A stretch of DNA of 29,289 bases from a virus (lineage: Duplodnaviria > Caudoviricetes): the IMG/VR virus record IMGVR_UViG_3300012953_000153, positions 1-29,289 of that record; one strand, 5' to 3'. The stretch's first letter is position 1. Each line of letters opens with the position of its first letter. Below, piece after piece: positions 26,550-29,289 of the stretch. Under the pieces are notes generated by a model. It did no database searches. It was given only the letters and a program-made list of their open reading frames with translations, and was not told the origin of the DNA. The position numbers and the translations under genes were made by a program.

Positions 26550-27373
26550 AAGCATTGAAAACACCACTCAGATATCCTGGTGGTAAGTCTAGAGCAGTCC
26601 CTAAACTTGCACAATGGATTCCTGATTTAACTAATTACGATATCTATCGTGAACCATTCTTAGGTGGTGGATCAGTAGCATTACATGTTACTAAAACCTA
26701 TCCTAAACTTAGAGTATGGGTTAATGATTTGTATGAACCCCTTGTCAATTTCTGGCAGCAACTTCAACATGAAGGTGATTATCTTTATCAAGAGATAACC
26801 AAGGCAAAGAACTTTCATCCAGACCCTGACTCTGCTAAAAACTTATTTACCGAATCAAAACAAAAGATTAATGATGACAACTCCTCTGCCAAAGACCGTG
26901 CTGTTGCTTTCTACATTGTTAACAAGTGTTCCTTTAGTGGTCTTACTGAGTCTTCCTCATTTTCAAAACAAGCATCAGATTCCAACTTCTCCTATAGAGG
27001 AATTGAAAGATTACCAGGCTACACTGAGTTAATTCAGAACTGGCAGATCACCAACTATCATTTTGCTGCATTACTAGATGACAATCAGAAAGCATTTGTA
27101 TATCTAGATCCACCATATGAAATTGGTGATGCTCTATATGGTAAGAAGGGTAACATGCATAAGTACTTTGATCATGATGCCTTTGCATCATCTTGTGACA
27201 ATTATTGTTGTAAGCAAATGATCAGTTATAATGCTAGTCAGTGTATAAAGGATCGCTTTAAGGACTGGGGTGCAGCAGAGTTTAGTCACACTTACACCAT
27301 GCGTTCTGTGGGTGACTACATGAAAGATCAGAACGATAGAAAAGAATTGGTATTAATGAACTATGAAGTGTGA
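26546..27373 (+). CDS. dam: DNA adenine methyltransferase (Dam/D12 class)
   Basis: LRYPGGKS, EPFLGGGS, YLDPPY. Confidence 0.93.
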   Translation: MKALKTPLRYPGGKSRAVPKLAQWIPDLTNYDIYREPFLGGGSVALHVTKTYPKLRVWVNDLYEPLVNFWQQLQHEGDYLYQEITKAKNFHPDPDSAKNLFTESKQKINDDNSSAKDRAVAFYIVNKCSFSGLTESSSFSKQASDSNFSYRGIERLPGYTELIQNWQITNYHFAALLDDNQKAFVYLDPPYEIGDALYGKKGNMHKYFDHDAFASSCDNYCCKQMISYNASQCIKDRFKDWGAAEFSHTYTMRSVGDYMKDQNDRKELVLMNYEV

Positions 27374-27506
27374 AGTAAGACTATACGTAGCAGGTCAAGT
27401 ATTTACAGAGACCGTTCGCTGTCGTAATTATGAAGAAGCAAGGGAGGTTGCTCTTGCCAGAAATCCTAACGCTAAGGTCTTAGGTGTAACTGCGGTGTTT
27501 ACTTGA
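27363..27506 (+). CDS. small hypothetical protein (47 aa, not in the ORF track)
   Basis: MKCEVRLYVAGQVFTETVRCRNYEEAREVALARNPNAKVLGVTAVFT; exactly fills the gap, overlapping the dam end and the next start (TTGA). Confidence 0.75.
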   Translation: MKCEVRLYVAGQVFTETVRCRNYEEAREVALARNPNAKVLGVTAVFT

Positions 27507-27724
27507 AGACTGTTTGGAAAGTCTGGAAGTATGCTTTAGGTTCCTTCCAAGATGAAACCACAAAGAGGTATGATGATATTATCTGCATCATCAGGACTTT
27601 TATCTTTGTACAATTAGTTGTTACTAATTGTTTTATTATAGCAGGTAATATAAGACACTGGAACGATGCAACTGAAAGACTACCTCAACAGCATAAACAA
27701 CACAAAACACAACTTCATGGATGA
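27503..27724 (+). CDS. small hypothetical membrane protein
   Basis: WKYALGSF..hydrophobic segment..GNIRHWND; TTG start overlapping the upstream stop. Confidence 0.65.
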   Translation: MKTVWKVWKYALGSFQDETTKRYDDIICIIRTFIFVQLVVTNCFIIAGNIRHWNDATERLPQQHKQHKTQLHG

Positions 27725-28046
27725 AGATCCCTTGAACGAGAAGGGATATCCAGCATACATTATTAACAAGTGTATGTCACATCATATTGACACTGTGATG
27801 CATGCAAATGAGATGAATAGATGCTCAAACTTACCTGCCAAAATGCAGTACGATTTTTTTATAAATACGGTTAGACCAAGGAAGCGTTTTAGTCCTTGGG
27901 AAAAAAAGGACACGGTTGAAAACCTTGATCTTGTTAAAAAGTACTATGGTTATTCTATAGAAAAAGCAAGACAAGCCTTATCGCTGCTATCCCCGCAACA
28001 AATTGACTATATTAAAAACAAACTGAACACTGGAGGAACAGGATGA
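27666..28046 (+). CDS. g62: clamp loader small subunit (gp62)
   Basis: LKDYLNSIN, YPAYIINKC, QYDFFIN..RKRFSPW, YYGYSIEKA. Confidence 0.93.
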   Translation: MQLKDYLNSINNTKHNFMDEDPLNEKGYPAYIINKCMSHHIDTVMHANEMNRCSNLPAKMQYDFFINTVRPRKRFSPWEKKDTVENLDLVKKYYGYSIEKARQALSLLSPQQIDYIKNKLNTGGTG

Positions 28047-28471
28047 GCGATGAGATGGAAGTATCGTGGACTAAAAACGATATGGTTGAGGTTACCCTTC
28101 GGGAACCTGATGACTTTCTAAAAGTACGTGAAACTCTTACAAGGATAGGAGTAGCATCTAGGAAAGAAAGAAAACTATATCAGTCATGCCATATATTACA
28201 CAAGAAGGGTCAGTACTACATTGTACATTTTAAGGAACTCTTTGCTCTAGATGGTAAAAGGACAAACTTGTCTCAGAATGACGTGCAACGGAGGAACAGG
28301 ATCGTACAATTACTATGTGATTGGGGTCTAGTTGAAGTACCTAAGAAGGATACTATCAATGACACTGCACCTCTTAGTCAAATTAAGATTATTTCCTATA
28401 AGGAAAAAGGTGATTGGGATTTAGAGTCCAAGTATAACATTGGTAAAAAGAAACAATCATCGGAGGTTTGA
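28043..28471 (+). CDS. regA: translational repressor RegA
   Basis: DDFLKVRETLTRIGVASR, LYQSCHILHK, YYIVHFKELFALDG. Confidence 0.96.
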   Translation: MSDEMEVSWTKNDMVEVTLREPDDFLKVRETLTRIGVASRKERKLYQSCHILHKKGQYYIVHFKELFALDGKRTNLSQNDVQRRNRIVQLLCDWGLVEVPKKDTINDTAPLSQIKIISYKEKGDWDLESKYNIGKKKQSSEV

Positions 28472-28472
28472 C

Positions 28473-28928
28473 ATGGCAGAAGTAGTATTACCAGAAGAAG
28501 ATTCTAAAAAGGATCTAAAAGAAGAGAAGAAAGGTATCTTTGGTAAAGTCAAAGCTGCCATCATACCAGATGCTGAAGAACAAGCAGCAATCATTAGTAC
28601 AGCTGTACGCATTACCGTTCTTGCCTGGTCGGGAGGAATATTGACTTTAAATTATGTCGCCATACCTGGTGTACCGCAACAGAAAATTGATCCAACTTTT
28701 ATAGCTTCGGTTTTTACAGGAGTTTTAGCTAGCTTTGGCATCCAGACGGCTTCTAAGAAGGGTGACGGTACTATGAAGATGCAGAACGGTGGTGCAGGTG
28801 GATCTGGTGGTGGCATCAGCAAAAAAGAAATGGAAGTGCTATTAGCAAAAGCATCTATACCTTCACAAACAATACGAATAGAACAAGCACCATTAAAGAT
28901 AACAACAGACGAAAAATACAAAATGTAA
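28473..28928 (+). CDS. hypothetical membrane protein (two TM segments)
   Basis: GGAGG SD before ATG 28473; hydrophobic stretches flanking DPTFIASVFTG; Gly-rich linker. Confidence 0.75.
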   Translation: MAEVVLPEEDSKKDLKEEKKGIFGKVKAAIIPDAEEQAAIISTAVRITVLAWSGGILTLNYVAIPGVPQQKIDPTFIASVFTGVLASFGIQTASKKGDGTMKMQNGGAGGSGGGISKKEMEVLLAKASIPSQTIRIEQAPLKITTDEKYKM

Positions 28929-28945
28929 TTATTGAGGAATAACCA

Positions 28946-29289
28946 ATGAACAAGTGGATAGGAATTAGTTTGGGTGCAGTCTTTGGAGTGTCCCATATAG
29001 GTATGATAGGATTACTAGCAACTAGGAATTCTAATAAGGTACCTTATATCAATCCTCCAGTAGGAGATTATACTTCGTATGTTATCTCAGCAGATGAAGA
29101 AGGATATAAGATCAGTTACACTGCTAACGATCCTAAGACAATGCACATCACTAAGGACATCAAGAAGAAGGGTGGTTTCTTAGGACTAGCAAACAATACA
29201 ACTCAGATTGTTGAGGAGTATGTCATGGATGGTAAGACCAATCAGGGCGGACCTGTCTCTAACAAGAGATCATGGCAAGATCCATCTAC
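28946..29289 (+). CDS. partial hypothetical protein with N-terminal TM/signal segment (runs off the window)
   Basis: GAGG SD; MNKWIGISLGAVFGVSHIGMIGLLA... open to the window end. Confidence 0.75.
   Translation, partial: MNKWIGISLGAVFGVSHIGMIGLLATRNSNKVPYINPPVGDYTSYVISADEEGYKISYTANDPKTMHITKDIKKKGGFLGLANNTTQIVEEYVMDGKTNQGGPVSNKRSWQDPS

Noticed and set aside
1-29289. CRISPR array, tandem repeat array, DGR or IS element
   Set aside because: No regularly spaced direct repeats, reverse transcriptase or transposase seen by eye.

Overview
Core-genome segment of a T4-like marine cyanomyophage (Kyanoviridae-type; the AT-rich sequence plus cobS, pyrE, a carbamoyltransferase and 2OG-Fe(II) oxygenases suggest a Prochlorococcus/Synechococcus host, by inference). 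All credible genes are on the + strand. Order: 2OG oxygenase, g17 terminase, g18 sheath, g19 tube, g20 portal, acidic core protein, g21, g22, g23 capsid; then a terminator fused with a sigma70 promoter driving a ~170-185 nt highly structured RNA (manA-motif-like), a DenV-like gene and a NodU/CmcH carbamoyltransferase; then g3, two overlapping ORFs, uvsY, uvsW, Sm-like ORF, g55, g47, g46, peptidase-vWA plus CobS AAA+, a DUF3310-like gene, g45, oxygenase, g44, pyrE, dam, small ORFs, g62, regA and two membrane-protein ORFs. Most notable: the ncRNA-led cassette between g23 and g3, a CBM-like module inserted in the tail sheath, a multi-frame coding region after g3, and back-to-back sigma70 promoters in front of g55. 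Family assignments come from motif recognition, not database searches.
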